From the IMG/VR virus record IMGVR_UViG_3300047440_000809, positions 1 to 64,000 of that record: a DNA stretch of 64,000 bases. One strand, written 5' to 3'. A model generated the notes under the pieces. The model saw only the letters and a program-made list of their open reading frames with translations. It was not told where the DNA came from and searched no databases. Position 1 is the stretch's first letter. Each line of letters starts with the position of its first letter. A program made the translations under genes and the position numbers. The stretch is from a virus. Shown here piece by piece: positions 17,926 to 29,551 of this stretch.

Positions 17926-20051
17926 AGCTTCACGAGGTTTGCGCGCACGTACGGGAAGTTCACACCCTGGATGGAAATCTGCTGCGTGTCGAGATGGACC
18001 TCGCGAAACGTCGGCGGCTGCCTGATGTACTGCGACTGCTGAGCCCGCGTGAAGTACCAGAAGCTCGCGGGATTCCAGTAGGACACGTGCGTCGGGTCGG
18101 AGAATGCTCCCCACCCGTCCGTGCTCGGCGTCATCGACATGAGCCACCCGCCTGGCCGCAGGCAGCGGGTGATCTCGCTCATGGTCAACATCTTGTCGGG
18201 CAGGTGTTCGAGGAGGTCGCTCGCGCGGAACGCCCCGACCGAACCGTCCGCCCACGGCCACGGCGCCTTGGCTAGATCGGTGACGACAACCCCGACGCCG
18301 CTCGCCACGTTGTCCACCGGTGTCCACCCCGACCGCGGGTAGAGCCCACCGCCGAGGTCGAACGCCGGCACGTCCAACAGCGCGCACTCCCGCAGCACGA
18401 GGCGCTCCAGCCACTCCTCCTGGAGACGGTCGGTCGTCGACTTGATGAGCGGGATGTTCTGGGCCCACGTGTTCTCGCCCTGAATCCGATAGAGGTAGAG
18501 CGGCTTCGCGACGTGCTTGAACTTCGTCGCGAGGTACGTGCGCAGGATCAGTTCGTGGTCGTCCGCCACCGCGTAGCTCACGTCGTGCCCACCGGTCTTC
18601 TCGTAGACGCTCCGTCGCCACGCACGCACGTGGTTCGGCGCCGTGTAGATGTGCGAGACCGACAACGCCGTCAGGGGCAGCGCACGCACGCAGTCGTAGG
18701 TTCCTGGACGCACGCCGCCTACTGCCTCGTCGTAGAACGAGTAGCCGCTGATCATCCAGCCGCCGCGCAGCTCCGGCGCGCGGTAGGTCTGAGCCCCCTG
18801 GAGCGTATCGGCGCCCTCGACGAAGTCGGCCGAGTCCGAGTAGACGAAGCCGATCTCGGGGTCCATGAAGGCAGCCTCGACCTCTTCGAGCGCATTCGGC
18901 GCGAGGAGGTCGTCATGGTCGAGTTCGAGGAGCACATCGCCCTGGGCCGCGCTGAACGCGAAGAGCTTGCGGGCGCCAACGTGGGAGGAGGGCGCGTAGT
19001 CCTCGACGATGGTCACGCGCGGGTCGTCTCCCACGACGGCCTTGGCTTCCGCGGCGCGATCCTTGACGGGCTGCCGGCGGCCGCTCTTGTCGTTGACCGA
19101 GATCAGCCACACGAAGCGCTGATTGGTCTGGGACTTGAGCGACGCCCACGTCTGCGCGAGCCACTTCGTGTTGTGTGTCGGCGTGACGACAGTGATGAGC
19201 GGTCGATGCTCGTCGGCGAGCAAGACCTCTTGTTCCCCCGTGCGCATCGCGGGAAGGATGTTGGGCACGGGTGTTGGGCGCGGCTGCGGGTGCGGCGAGA
19301 AGCGATCACACGCGTCCGGTAGTTGATTCAAGTGGCGTTCGTACGTAACGCCGCAGACGCACAGGTCGGTCGCGCGCCGCTGCGGCTTGTCCTCGGGCCC
19401 TGTCCACACACGCGTGTGGAAGTCGGTGCCGTAGACGCTGCCGGGGATCACGCCGGGGGTGACGCCGAGTTTCCACAGCACGTAGGGCAGGGAGAGCTGG
19501 TCTTGGATGGAGCGCGTCTTGTTCTCGCCCCACCACATCTCGTCGAGCGGCTCTGTCTTCCCGATCCGCCGCACGACCACTCCGCCCGCGTAGAGCTGGT
19601 GGTTGTCAGGAAGCCCTTCAGCGCGATACGTCTCGACCTGAGCGACGAACGGTAGGTCAGCGTACTTGGGGAGCGCTGCGGACTCCCGCGCCTCGTCGTA
19701 GATGTTGTCGCGCTCAGGGTGCCTGAAGAAGGCGATGTCGTGGCCCTTGAGCGCTTCTAGGCATGCAGACACGAAGCGCTGCGGGTTGGTCACGGTGATG
19801 GAGGCGTCGATCCAGACGACGATGTCGCCGTCTGCAAGGTCGAGCATCCCCGGCGTCATCTTGTAGAACTTCGCCGCAAGCCGAGACGGGCGCGGATACG
19901 GATTGGCTGGTGGGTAGCGAAACTCGATCTTCCACGTCTTCGACGTCAGCGCCGGGTCGTCCGTGAACGCCACGAAGTCATACCCGCCCGTGTCGAACTC
20001 CTTGAGCGTGTCGGCGCCGCCGAATAGCGCTGTGTAGAAGACGACTTTCAC
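17922..20051 (-). CDS. Three-domain DUF616-like glycosyltransferase / GT2 / SAM methyltransferase
   Basis: YTALFG..D, WIDAS, HPER, QDQLS; VVTPTHN, ELDHDD, DDHEL; DLGGG, LEHL, LRPGG, DPTH. Confidence 0.85.
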   Translation of the reverse strand: MKVVFYTALFGGADTLKEFDTGGYDFVAFTDDPALTSKTWKIEFRYPPANPYPRPSRLAAKFYKMTPGMLDLADGDIVVWIDASITVTNPQRFVSACLEALKGHDIAFFRHPERDNIYDEARESAALPKYADLPFVAQVETYRAEGLPDNHQLYAGGVVVRRIGKTEPLDEMWWGENKTRSIQDQLSLPYVLWKLGVTPGVIPGSVYGTDFHTRVWTGPEDKPQRRATDLCVCGVTYERHLNQLPDACDRFSPHPQPRPTPVPNILPAMRTGEQEVLLADEHRPLITVVTPTHNTKWLAQTWASLKSQTNQRFVWLISVNDKSGRRQPVKDRAAEAKAVVGDDPRVTIVEDYAPSSHVGARKLFAFSAAQGDVLLELDHDDLLAPNALEEVEAAFMDPEIGFVYSDSADFVEGADTLQGAQTYRAPELRGGWMISGYSFYDEAVGGVRPGTYDCVRALPLTALSVSHIYTAPNHVRAWRRSVYEKTGGHDVSYAVADDHELILRTYLATKFKHVAKPLYLYRIQGENTWAQNIPLIKSTTDRLQEEWLERLVLRECALLDVPAFDLGGGLYPRSGWTPVDNVASGVGVVVTDLAKAPWPWADGSVGAFRASDLLEHLPDKMLTMSEITRCLRPGGWLMSMTPSTDGWGAFSDPTHVSYWNPASFWYFTRAQQSQYIRQPPTFREVHLDTQQISIQGVNFPYVRANLVKL

Positions 20052-20143
20052 GGGGGCTCACGCTACACCAACGGCACGGCACTGCCAATAGTTTAACGCC
20101 GCCGATTTGTGACCCGTCTACCACCGGGCGTAGGATGACAAGA

Positions 20144-20227
20144 ACATAGAGGAGCCCCCTCCTCACCCGTGACCGGAGTAACCGGCGCTGATTCTTCCTG
20201 GCAACCCCAGGTGGACAGCGCCTTTTT
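20144..20227 (+). ncRNA. Conserved structured leader RNA plus intrinsic terminator, copy A
   Basis: ACATAG, hairpin, GTGA-CCGG-AGTAA-CCGG-CGC, terminator ending TTTTT; homologous to 60018-60102; TAGGAT -10 at 20131. Confidence 0.7.
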
Positions 20228-20247
20228 GCGTTTCTGGAGGTTCCCCG

Positions 20248-23200
20248 ATGTCGACCGGCAACGTCACAGTCCAGCCACTCTTCAACCGTACGGGCTCGCG
20301 GATGGTTCAGGGCGAGCTGGTCCGGATCTCCGGCACGAACGGGATCTTGCTCGCGCAGGCCGATTCGCAGCCGCACGTGACAGGCTACATCGGCGTCGTG
20401 AACTCCGGCGTCGTGAATCCCGGCGGTCCTGTCGCTGTGGAGACGGTGGGTCTGCCACGCGTGCTGCTGGAGACGGGACTCACACCAGTCGCGGGTGATC
20501 CGCTCTACATCTCCGCGAGCGTCGCCGGCCGCGCGACGAACGTGGCCCCGGTGATCAAGGTCGTCATCGGCACGATCTCGGATGCGAGCAGCTACGCGCA
20601 CGACAACTCCGTCGAGTGCGTGATCGCCGGCGGTGGCGGTGGCAGCGGCGCTCAAGGAGCGCAGGGCTTTCAGGGCGGCGTGCAGGGTTCACAGGGCGCC
20701 ACGGGTGCACCCGGTGCGACAGGCGCGAGCGGTGCCACAGGCGCTCCGGGCGCGACAGGAGCGACGGGCGCGAGCGGTGCGGCGGGTGCGCAGGGCTCGC
20801 CGGGAACACCGGGCACGAACGGCGCGCAAGGATCGCAGGGTGCGCCTGGCGGCACGCAGGGCTTTCAAGGTCCGCAAGGCGCCGCCGGTGGATCGCAGGG
20901 TTTCCAAGGTGCGCAGGGCTTTCAAGGTGGTGGCTTTCAAGGTGCACAAGGCGGAACCGGAACGACGGGCGCTTCGGGGACGCCGGGCGCGACGGGAGCG
21001 ACAGGAGCCGCCGGTGCTGCTGGAGCAACAGGCGCGAGCGGCGCGACGGGCGCCACGGGCGCATCGGGAGCTGCTGGTGCACAAGGTACGGCGGGCACCG
21101 CAGGTGCGCAGGGCAACCAAGGAGCGCAGGGCAACCAGGGCTTCCAAGGCAACACCGGCACGGGGAATCAAGGATCCCAGGGTGCACCCGGCGGGTCACA
21201 GGGCTTTCAGGGACCGCAAGGTTCCCCCGGCGGCACGCAAGGATTCCAGGGCGGGAACGGCGCTCAGGGATCGACGGGTGCTCAAGGCGCAACGGGCACG
21301 ACGGGTTCGGTAGGACCGTCCGGGGCGACGGGCGCGACTGGCACGACGGGAGCGACAGGAGCGACTGGTGGTCCTGGTGCAACGGGCGCGAGCGGCGCCA
21401 CGGGAGCCACGGGCTCGACAGGCGGCACGGGGCCCGCTGGTGCGCAGGGCTTTACGGGAGCGCAGGGGTTCCAGGGAAATACGGGCGTCGGCACGCAAGG
21501 CCCGCAGGGCACGCCGGGTGGTTCGCAAGGCTTCCAAGGTCCACAAGGATCGCCGGGCGGCGTGCAAGGCTTTCAGGGCGGTAACGGCGCGCAAGGATCG
21601 ACCGGCGCGACCGGCACGACGGGATCTCAGGGATTCCAAGGCGCGACCGGCACGGCGGGTGTGCAAGGATCGACGGGCGCCACCGGCACGACTGGCGCCT
21701 CGGGCGCGACTGGCGGAACTGGCGCCACCGGCGCCACTGGTGCGCAGGGGTCGCAAGGCGCTATCGGCACGACGGGCGTGACGGGCGCCACCGGAGCGCA
21801 GGGCGCGACCGGTGTGCAGGGGTTCCAGGGCGGGAACGGCGCGCAGGGAACGACGGGCGCGCAAGGCAACACCGGCACGACAGGCGCGCAGGGCTTTCAG
21901 GGCAACACCGGCACGGGGAACCAGGGCGCTCAGGGCGCGCCGGGCGGGTCACAGGGGTTCCAAGGTCCGCAAGGATCGCCGGGTGGCTCGCAAGGCTTCC
22001 AAGGCGGACTCGGGCCGCAGGGTCCCGTCGGTGCCGCGGGCGCGCAGGGCACGGCGGGTGCGCAAGGATTCCAGGGCTCGACGGGCACGCAGGGGTTCCA
22101 AGGAAACACCGGCGCGGGCACGCAAGGAGCGACGGGCACGCAGGGGTTCCAGGGGACGGCGGGTGCGCAGGGCGCGAAGGGCAATCAGGGCTCGACAGGC
22201 ACGCAAGGTGCGATCGGCGCGCCGGGTGCTGCGGGTGCGACGGGAGCGACGGGCGCGCAAGGTGCCACTGGCACGAGTGGTGCGACGGGCGCCACCGGTG
22301 CGACAGGTGCGAGCGGAGCCACGGGCGCTCAGGGCGGTCTCGGATCACAAGGCTTTCAGGGCAACACGGGAATCGGGAATCAAGGTGCGCAGGGCGCACC
22401 CGGTGGATCGCAGGGCTTTCAAGGGCCACAGGGTTCTGCTGGTGGATCGCAGGGTTTCCAGGGCGGCGTGGGCGCTCAAGGCGCGACGGGCGCACAGGGC
22501 AACACGGGTACTGCTGGTCCTGCTGGCGCGACTGGCGCCACGGGCGCAAGCGGTGCCAGCGGTGCAACGGGAGCGACAGGTGCTTCAGGTGCCACAGGTG
22601 CGTCGGGCGCGACTGGCGCGACGGGCTCCGCCGGTGCACAGGGCTACCAGGGCGGTTCGGGCGCGGCAGGCACGAACAACGCGGCCAACTGGACGATCGG
22701 GACGGCGACGCGGCGCTACTTCATCGTCGACGCGATCAACGGCAACGACAGCAACGCGGGCTTCACCGATGTGCTCCCGGCCAACCCCACGACCACCGCG
22801 AAGCAGACGCTGTCGGCGCTGGCTGCGGTCATTCCGATCGCCGGCGCAGGGCGCACGATCGAGATCATCATCGGCGCCGGCACGTACGCCGACAGCGTCG
22901 ACGTCTTCAACGCGCTGAACGGCTACGCGACCAACAGCACCATCCGCGGTACCGGTACGAACACGAACGCTGGTGCCGTCGCCTTCGCGGGGGACACGAA
23001 CGACTGGACGTACCTCGGTGCGACGACGTCAACCGGGCTGTTCGCGGCCGGCTACAACCCCACGAGCGGTGGCACGAGCGCGACCATCACCTGCGTGCAG
23101 ACCGACACCGGCGCGCCGGGATTCGCAGCCGAACCTCTGAAGCCGCTCGGCTGCCGCGTACGCTTCGACATCAACACGCCGACCGTGGCGCTGCAAGGGA

Positions 23201-26200
23201 AGACGTTCTCGGTCATCGGCGTTCCGGCGAGCAACCAGCTCGTGCTCAGCTCGTCGATCACGGTCGCCACCGCGGACATCTTCTACATCGAGGACCCCGG
23301 TGTGGTTACGACAGGATCTGCCAGCTTCTACGACCACGAGATCGGTCCGACTGGTCTCCAGTTCGCGGGTATCTCGACGAATGGCGCCTGGTCGCTGCGT
23401 GATGGCCGGTACGCGCTGGCGTTCTGCCAGTCGGTGTCGTTCGCGTTCACGAACAACCGTCAGGTGACGCTCAACACGTTCTGGATCACGCGCTCGGCGT
23501 TGGTGCAGGTTGGGCCCAACCAGTCGACCGGAGCGCTGACGAGCACTCTCGACAGCCTGACTGTCTCTACTGCTTCGCTCTTCACCTACACCATTATGAC
23601 GATCACCAACCCCACGGCGCTCTCCTTCGTCGGGAAGAACGTGATCGGTGGAGACGTGACGATCGCGGGCGGCGCGCTGGCACCGGCCGAGACGCTGACC
23701 GGGTTCGGTGGCCCCGGGAATTCCGGTGTGACGGCAGACAAGGCGAACGCACTTCGCATCCTCGGCAAGATGACGCTGAACGGGACGCGGATGGCGTTCG
23801 ATGGCCTCTACTTCCCCTCGACGACACAGGCGACGGCGATTGTCATCGTGGGCACGTGCGACTTGATCTTCCGCCTCGGGACCTACGGCGGTCCCACGAC
23901 GGACGCAGCGGTGGACGTCGCACTGTCGGTCGGTTCGAGAATCACCGCAGTCAACCCGTCCTCGGGGGCCACGACCAGCTTTCAGATCACTGGTGCCAAC
24001 GGCGACGTCCGATTCGGCCGACAGAACCTCGGTGAAACCCTCGGCGTCGTATACGGCGACTTCGCGGGATTGTTGGGGCTGTACTACTCGACGCGCACGC
24101 CGAACGGCGACTTGTGGAACAGCTCGCAGGGGCCAAACGGCATCGCAGATCCGCTGGCCGCCTACTCGGTGCTCGGCAACGTCATCGATACCTTCGTCGC
24201 GTACAATCAGGGCGCAGACATCCCGATCAAGAGCGTCGTTCGCTACTTCAACCGCGGCGACTCGGTGTGGGCTGTGCAGCCTGCACAGGCGGGAACTGCC
24301 GCCGGAGCGTCCGGGTTCATCGGCGTCACGATAGGGAAGATCAAGAGCGGCAGCAACGGGTTAGTGGGCATCCGTGGCGTGCTCGACGTGCTGTACAGCG
24401 ACGGCACGGTCAACACGCCGGGTCTCCCTGTGTACGTCTCCGACGTCCTGGGGCAGGCACGCACGACGCCCCCCGCAGTGGGAGCACGACAGATCGGCTG
24501 GTCCGCCGCCGTCAACTCGGTTGCTCTCATGCAAGAGGCCAACGTCGAGACGAACAACGACCTCGCCTCGTGGCCGGTGGCCAACTTCCGCTACTACGCA
24601 GTCGACGGCGTGAACGGGAACGACGCGAATGTAGGGTATTCCGACACGTCGCTGGCAGACGCCGGCACCGGCACGAAAGCTCTCAAGACACTCGCGGCAC
24701 TGGCCGTAATATTTCCGCGTAACGGCGCGGGCCGCCAGGTCGAGATCGCCATTGCATCCGGCACGTACACCGGGAACCTCCAGGCGTTCTTGGCCGGCAC
24801 CACGGGGTACGCATTCGCGCTCGTGCGCGGCACCGGTACGAACGCCACGGCCAGCTCGGTGGCCTTCGCCGGCGACGCGAACGACTACATCTACGCGGGC
24901 GCGGTGACGGCCACGGGTGCGAACGGCGCCGGGTACAACCCGACCAGTTCCACTACCGGGATCACGCTGCCGACACAGAAGGTCGGTGGCGGTGCCTCGA
25001 CGTTCCCGGCGGAGCTTGCCACGAACTGCCCCTACGGCTGGCGCATCCGGTTCTCGGCGACCACGACGACGGTGGCGCTGCGAAACCACTGCTTCAACAT
25101 CATCGGCGTACCGACATCAGCGAACCTGTCGCTGGACACGTCGATCACCTGGGCTTCCACCGACGTCTTCTTCATCGAGAAGGCCGGCGTGGTCTTCAGT
25201 GACCCCAGCACGCTGTCGCTGGACTCCACCATCACTCTGGCCGGGCTCGATCTCGGTTTCGTGAACTTCTCGGTTGGCGTCTACAACAGCGCCTTCTGCT
25301 CCTACGGTGGCATCAGTGCGATGCTGCCGAAGAGCTTGAACTTCACCGACACGTACACGTCGCCCCTCGGGGGATTTCCAGTAGTCGGCGGCAACCGCAT
25401 CAGCGGGTCAGTCAGCCAGGATATGGGGTCGATGACAGCTCCAACAGGAACGGTCGTCATCGGAGCCTTGTCGGCCACTGCACCGAACGAGATCTACGTC
25501 ACCGACAACGTGGTTGTGGGAACTTTCATCAGTGTGAGTGGCGGATACACAGGCGCGCAGGAGTCTTCGTCTTCGGGCGCGGGTCAGATTGGCGGTGTCA
25601 ACACTCCAGTTCGAATCCTCGGTGGCACTGGCGGGGTGGGATCACTGGAGGCTGCGCTATTGCTGCGCGGGACTGCCGTACGCCTTGGGGTCATCGACGC
25701 TAACAGTACAAAGTTTGTCGTCGGCGTGAAGGTCTTCGGACAATGCGCCATCGACACGGCGGGTGGAACGGGCGGCAGCTTGACCGGGACCGTCGAGACA
25801 GTGGGTATGAGCCTCATCGACGCTCAAGGGAGCACAGTCGTGCTCGGATCTGCAAATGTCGGGGTGACCGGCGCCGCGGGCGACATCCAGCTCAACGACG
25901 GCAGCGCTGTAGTCGGAGGGAACGGCGTGTTCGTTTCCTGGAGCAGCGTGCAGAACATCACCGACTTCCGCGATGGCGCCGGCAACCACATCCTTGGTAT
26001 CAGCACTGATCGGAACGTCACCTTGGGGGTGGTGCAGTACCCGACCTCCGGACTGCTGGCGATTCCCGCGCGCACTGTCATGCGCATGAATAGCGACGGC
26101 ACTGTCGCTACAGCACTGGCGGGCAGCACCGGAACCGCCGCCGGTATCATCGGCGTCGCGCTCACAGCGCAACCTCACATCGGATCGGCTATCTTGGTCG

Positions 26201-26823
26201 TCGAGTCGGGACCTGCTTGGGTCACATTCGATTCGCCGCCAACCCGCGGTCAGGCAGCCTACCTGAGCGATATTTCCCCGGGGCAGGCGACGACAACACA
26301 GCCAGCCGTGGCGGTGTACCTGGGCGTCGTCGAGGTTGTAACCGGCTCGGCAGGACGAATCAACTTCGTCGCTCCCGTCGGTGACGAGGTCGGTGGCGGG
26401 TCCCAGACATACGTGTCCGACGAGGTGGACCTGGCGGCCATCGGACAGACCCACGTGAACCTGCCCTCGATGCCGACGAAGCAGTTGATGCTGACGGCTC
26501 CTCCGAGAGTCGTCATTACAGTCCACAACGGCAGCGGCTACACGGGGCCAGCCCAGGTGGGAGCTGGTGTGGCCGTCAGCGGCACCATCACTGTGCAGTA
26601 TTGTGCCCTGACGGATCTGAGCGCAGCGACGCTGAATGCGGCATCCGGCGCGGGGGTCCCGATCAACATGTTCACGCTCGACATCTCGACAGACACGGTC
26701 ATGGGCGCGTTGGACCTGAGCGCCCCAGGCAGCGACTTCGTGGTCGACGTCCAGACGCCGTTCGGGGGTCTGCAACCGGTCAAGTGCAAGGTCTACTTCA
26801 CCGGCGTGCTCATCGACGCGTAG
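20248..26823 (+). CDS. Giant collagen-like virion fibre/spike protein
   Basis: 2191 aa; about 680 aa Gly-X-Y (GAQ/GAT/GFQ); duplicated beta-rich modules; three cement-like domains; GGAGG RBS. Confidence 0.85.
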   Translation: MSTGNVTVQPLFNRTGSRMVQGELVRISGTNGILLAQADSQPHVTGYIGVVNSGVVNPGGPVAVETVGLPRVLLETGLTPVAGDPLYISASVAGRATNVAPVIKVVIGTISDASSYAHDNSVECVIAGGGGGSGAQGAQGFQGGVQGSQGATGAPGATGASGATGAPGATGATGASGAAGAQGSPGTPGTNGAQGSQGAPGGTQGFQGPQGAAGGSQGFQGAQGFQGGGFQGAQGGTGTTGASGTPGATGATGAAGAAGATGASGATGATGASGAAGAQGTAGTAGAQGNQGAQGNQGFQGNTGTGNQGSQGAPGGSQGFQGPQGSPGGTQGFQGGNGAQGSTGAQGATGTTGSVGPSGATGATGTTGATGATGGPGATGASGATGATGSTGGTGPAGAQGFTGAQGFQGNTGVGTQGPQGTPGGSQGFQGPQGSPGGVQGFQGGNGAQGSTGATGTTGSQGFQGATGTAGVQGSTGATGTTGASGATGGTGATGATGAQGSQGAIGTTGVTGATGAQGATGVQGFQGGNGAQGTTGAQGNTGTTGAQGFQGNTGTGNQGAQGAPGGSQGFQGPQGSPGGSQGFQGGLGPQGPVGAAGAQGTAGAQGFQGSTGTQGFQGNTGAGTQGATGTQGFQGTAGAQGAKGNQGSTGTQGAIGAPGAAGATGATGAQGATGTSGATGATGATGASGATGAQGGLGSQGFQGNTGIGNQGAQGAPGGSQGFQGPQGSAGGSQGFQGGVGAQGATGAQGNTGTAGPAGATGATGASGASGATGATGASGATGASGATGATGSAGAQGYQGGSGAAGTNNAANWTIGTATRRYFIVDAINGNDSNAGFTDVLPANPTTTAKQTLSALAAVIPIAGAGRTIEIIIGAGTYADSVDVFNALNGYATNSTIRGTGTNTNAGAVAFAGDTNDWTYLGATTSTGLFAAGYNPTSGGTSATITCVQTDTGAPGFAAEPLKPLGCRVRFDINTPTVALQGKTFSVIGVPASNQLVLSSSITVATADIFYIEDPGVVTTGSASFYDHEIGPTGLQFAGISTNGAWSLRDGRYALAFCQSVSFAFTNNRQVTLNTFWITRSALVQVGPNQSTGALTSTLDSLTVSTASLFTYTIMTITNPTALSFVGKNVIGGDVTIAGGALAPAETLTGFGGPGNSGVTADKANALRILGKMTLNGTRMAFDGLYFPSTTQATAIVIVGTCDLIFRLGTYGGPTTDAAVDVALSVGSRITAVNPSSGATTSFQITGANGDVRFGRQNLGETLGVVYGDFAGLLGLYYSTRTPNGDLWNSSQGPNGIADPLAAYSVLGNVIDTFVAYNQGADIPIKSVVRYFNRGDSVWAVQPAQAGTAAGASGFIGVTIGKIKSGSNGLVGIRGVLDVLYSDGTVNTPGLPVYVSDVLGQARTTPPAVGARQIGWSAAVNSVALMQEANVETNNDLASWPVANFRYYAVDGVNGNDANVGYSDTSLADAGTGTKALKTLAALAVIFPRNGAGRQVEIAIASGTYTGNLQAFLAGTTGYAFALVRGTGTNATASSVAFAGDANDYIYAGAVTATGANGAGYNPTSSTTGITLPTQKVGGGASTFPAELATNCPYGWRIRFSATTTTVALRNHCFNIIGVPTSANLSLDTSITWASTDVFFIEKAGVVFSDPSTLSLDSTITLAGLDLGFVNFSVGVYNSAFCSYGGISAMLPKSLNFTDTYTSPLGGFPVVGGNRISGSVSQDMGSMTAPTGTVVIGALSATAPNEIYVTDNVVVGTFISVSGGYTGAQESSSSGAGQIGGVNTPVRILGGTGGVGSLEAALLLRGTAVRLGVIDANSTKFVVGVKVFGQCAIDTAGGTGGSLTGTVETVGMSLIDAQGSTVVLGSANVGVTGAAGDIQLNDGSAVVGGNGVFVSWSSVQNITDFRDGAGNHILGISTDRNVTLGVVQYPTSGLLAIPARTVMRMNSDGTVATALAGSTGTAAGIIGVALTAQPHIGSAILVVESGPAWVTFDSPPTRGQAAYLSDISPGQATTTQPAVAVYLGVVEVVTGSAGRINFVAPVGDEVGGGSQTYVSDEVDLAAIGQTHVNLPSMPTKQLMLTAPPRVVITVHNGSGYTGPAQVGAGVAVSGTITVQYCALTDLSAATLNAASGAGVPINMFTLDISTDTVMGALDLSAPGSDFVVDVQTPFGGLQPVKCKVYFTGVLIDA
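20641..22670 (+). repeat. Collagen Gly-X-Y coding repeats
   Basis: 9-bp periodic GGN repeats with recurring higher-order unit [24 protein letters not shown]. Confidence 0.9.
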
Positions 26824-26835
26824 ACCGCGCGAGCG

Positions 26836-27192
26836 CTACTTCTTCGCTTTCTTGCGGCGCGCCTCGCGCCACTTGGCGACGGTCGCCTTGGGCGCGCCCT
26901 TGTGCTTCTTGCACACCATGCCGAACACCGGCGCAGCCCTTTCTTTGCAGCCCGGCGCGGGGCAGAGCTGGATGGGGCCCTTCTTGCGACGGGGCTTGGC
27001 GGATTGTGCGAAGGCCCGCAAGCGATGTGCGCCGTCCTTGTGCACGTCTTCCGTGGCGGTCACGAGCGCCTGGCCACCCATGTGCCTGAAGTGCTCGGCC
27101 AGCTCTTCCTGGATCTCCCTGCGGGCTTGTGTACGCGCCGCAGCCAAGATCTGCACCGCCGCGTCTTTCAGCATCTTCTCCAGATCACTCAT
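26836..27192 (-). CDS. Basic Cys/His protein resembling myxobacterial hypotheticals
   Basis: KGPIQLCPAPGCKERAAPVFGMVCKKH. Confidence 0.65.
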   Translation of the reverse strand: MSDLEKMLKDAAVQILAAARTQARREIQEELAEHFRHMGGQALVTATEDVHKDGAHRLRAFAQSAKPRRKKGPIQLCPAPGCKERAAPVFGMVCKKHKGAPKATVAKWREARRKKAKK

Positions 27193-27413
27193 TTCGTCTC
27201 CCGTTTCTTGAACTTCCCGTGGCCGAGGTCGATCACCGGCACCACCGCCGCGAACGCCTCTTCCCACGTCTTGCCCGCTCCGAACTTCACGAACTCGCCT
27301 CGCGCCTTCACGCCCACGAACATCGGAGCGTCTGGATACTGGTGGTTCACGCCAACGCTGGCCTGCTCGCCGTAGAGCCCCTGGGCCTTCGTAAAGGCTT
27401 CGTCGCGGGACAT
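27189..27413 (-). CDS. Hypothetical protein
   Basis: Coupled ORF, GKTWEEAF motif. Confidence 0.55.
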   Translation of the reverse strand: MSRDEAFTKAQGLYGEQASVGVNHQYPDAPMFVGVKARGEFVKFGAGKTWEEAFAAVVPVIDLGHGKFKKRETK

Positions 27414-27667
27414 CACGGGCTGGACGCCTCCACGCTGTCTGTCCCGCCTGTCCAGTTGCACGGTATGCACGGGCACACGCAGTAGGTCGTGACCTTCAGC
27501 GCGTGTCCGTTGGAGCACACCATCTGCTTGTGTGTGGCGCTCTGATTGTGCCGGTGCTCGCGGCCCGCATCGTCGAAGAACCTGTTGATGGCCAGCAGCG
27601 TCGTATGACTATCGAGCTGCTTGATCGTCGACGTCAGCCCGAGACGCTTACACTCGGGGCAGGTCAC
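27413..27667 (-). CDS. Cys-rich hypothetical protein
   Basis: CPEC, CSNGH, CxCxCxxC. Confidence 0.6.
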   Translation of the reverse strand: MTCPECKRLGLTSTIKQLDSHTTLLAINRFFDDAGREHRHNQSATHKQMVCSNGHALKVTTYCVCPCIPCNWTGGTDSVEASSP

Positions 27668-29466
27668 CGCTGGAACGCCTCCGCCGGCTCGTACGGTCCG
27701 GTCTTGCCGATGCGGTGCATGAGCCCGCGCCCGGTCAGCGCGCGCTTGTAGTTCGCGAACGTCCCGCTGCCGAGCTGCATGTCTGCGGCCTGGGCCAGAT
27801 CCTCATCCGTGGCGCTGCCGACCGTCACCACGAGATCGAGCATCTGGCACACCTTCTCCGTGCCGATCTCTTGCTTCCAGTAGTCGAGCAGGCCCTTCTT
27901 GTCGGTCGGGGGCATCTGGACGTCGATCGGGTAGCCGCGCCCGGCGTCGGTGATGGTCATGTTCGCACCGTCCGTCGTCGCGTAGCCCCCCTGTATGAGC
28001 GCGCGCTTGCGGTTGGCAGTCGTCCCCGACGTGGGGCTCACGCCGGCGATGTGCGCGACGTTCTTGAAGGGCATCGAGGGCAGCCCCATCGCCAGTCCTT
28101 GAAGGAGCGCCCCGAGCATACGCTGGGATTTCTCGGGGAGGGCGTGCTCGCCGTTGGACGCCACGATCGCCTTCGCCACACGCACGCCAGCTCCCACAAA
28201 CGGTTTCGGGAGCTTGATCGTGTCGCGACCCGGCTGCACCGTCTTGGTCGTCGTGGTGGTTACGACCTTCGGCGGGACTGGCGTGAGGGCCTGCCTGCCG
28301 AGCGCCACGAGGTTGCCGATCGACGACACGACGACCTGCTGCGCCTGCGCGACACGGTCGACGGCCGCCTCGATCAGCGCCTTGAAGCCGTCTTCACGGT
28401 CGCCAAGCTTCTCCGCGAAGCGCTCGATGCGCTTCAGGTCGGCCTCACGGAATACCGGGACGGGTTTTGTCTTGCCGGTCTTCTGCACGATGGGCGCCGG
28501 CACGAGCTTCGCCGCGCGCTCCAACTCGGCGATACGGGCCTTCAAGTCCTTCTCCGTCATGAGCTTCTCCTCGGCCTCTTTCGGCAGGTCCGCAAGCTGC
28601 GGCAGCAGGTGCCGGATCTTGGCCGTCGGAGGCGGCGGAGCAGACTGCCGGCGTCCGGCCTCGGGGTGCTCGGTCTGCACGTCGCCGATCGTGACGAGCG
28701 TAGGTTCGAGCACGAACGCGCGACCGAGCGCAAAGAAGGCTCCCGGTTCGAGCGTCTTGACGTTGTTGAAGAACTCGGGCTTGTTCGCCCGCGCGATCCC
28801 GAGGTTGCCTGCGGCGCGCTCTCGGTCGATATCGATGAACGTCTGCCCAATGAGCACGTTCTTCAGCTCGGCGGCGAAGTCCTTCGACAGCTTGCCGAGG
28901 CGCTGGGTCGCCGCCACTACACCATACCCGCGCTTGCGCCCCTTCGCCGCGAAGTCGATAAGTGCATGCCGGCACGTCTTCTCGTCGCGGCTCTCCGTGA
29001 TGCCGTGGCCTGGCTCGGGCGCCAGCTCGTGTGCCTCGTCCACGTAGAGCAGCAGGTCGCGCCACAGCTTCTTCGGCGCGTCGACGAGCGCCTGGACGAA
29101 GGTCGCGACCCACAGCGGGCGCTGCGCCTTCGACATCTCGAAGAGGTCGATGACGGCGCTCGTGCCGAGTTGGAGTAGCCGGTGGGCAAGGAGCTTGGCA
29201 GAGCGGATGTCGGCGGGCGTGTCGCCGCCCTTCCCCACCAGCACCACGTCGAACTTCTCACGGAGCGTAGAGAACTCGCCTTCGGGGTCGATGATGATCT
29301 GAGGCACGCGCCCGAACGACTGCTCGATCATCCGGCGCAGGAGCCAGCTCTTGCCGCCGCCGCTATTTGCCTGCACGAGCAGATTCGAGCGCAGGATGAT
29401 ATCGAGGTCGGCGCGGAACGGCTTGTTCGTCCCTGTGAAGACGCCGAGGTCTACACGGCGGGTCAT
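27664..29466 (-). CDS. HerA/DUF87-family ATPase with C-terminal winged-helix-like regions
   Basis: QANSGGGKS, IDPEGEF, VDEAHEL, KGRKRG, ATQR. Confidence 0.85.
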   Translation of the reverse strand: MTRRVDLGVFTGTNKPFRADLDIILRSNLLVQANSGGGKSWLLRRMIEQSFGRVPQIIIDPEGEFSTLREKFDVVLVGKGGDTPADIRSAKLLAHRLLQLGTSAVIDLFEMSKAQRPLWVATFVQALVDAPKKLWRDLLLYVDEAHELAPEPGHGITESRDEKTCRHALIDFAAKGRKRGYGVVAATQRLGKLSKDFAAELKNVLIGQTFIDIDRERAAGNLGIARANKPEFFNNVKTLEPGAFFALGRAFVLEPTLVTIGDVQTEHPEAGRRQSAPPPPTAKIRHLLPQLADLPKEAEEKLMTEKDLKARIAELERAAKLVPAPIVQKTGKTKPVPVFREADLKRIERFAEKLGDREDGFKALIEAAVDRVAQAQQVVVSSIGNLVALGRQALTPVPPKVVTTTTTKTVQPGRDTIKLPKPFVGAGVRVAKAIVASNGEHALPEKSQRMLGALLQGLAMGLPSMPFKNVAHIAGVSPTSGTTANRKRALIQGGYATTDGANMTITDAGRGYPIDVQMPPTDKKGLLDYWKQEIGTEKVCQMLDLVVTVGSATDEDLAQAADMQLGSGTFANYKRALTGRGLMHRIGKTGPYEPAEAFQR

Positions 29467-29551
29467 CGGCGCCACCAGACCTTCCCGAGAACTAAGCCGA
29501 CGATCACGCCGAAGACGTAGCCGGCGTTGAAGTCTCCATGCCAGAGGTGAC

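Noticed and set aside
20071-20090. sigma54 promoter near the fibre gene
   Set aside because: GG-GC spacing is 9, not 10, on both strands
20641-22670. Repeat tract as CRISPR array or satellite
   Set aside because: In-frame Gly-X-Y coding repeats with synonymous variation; no constant repeat with unique spacers
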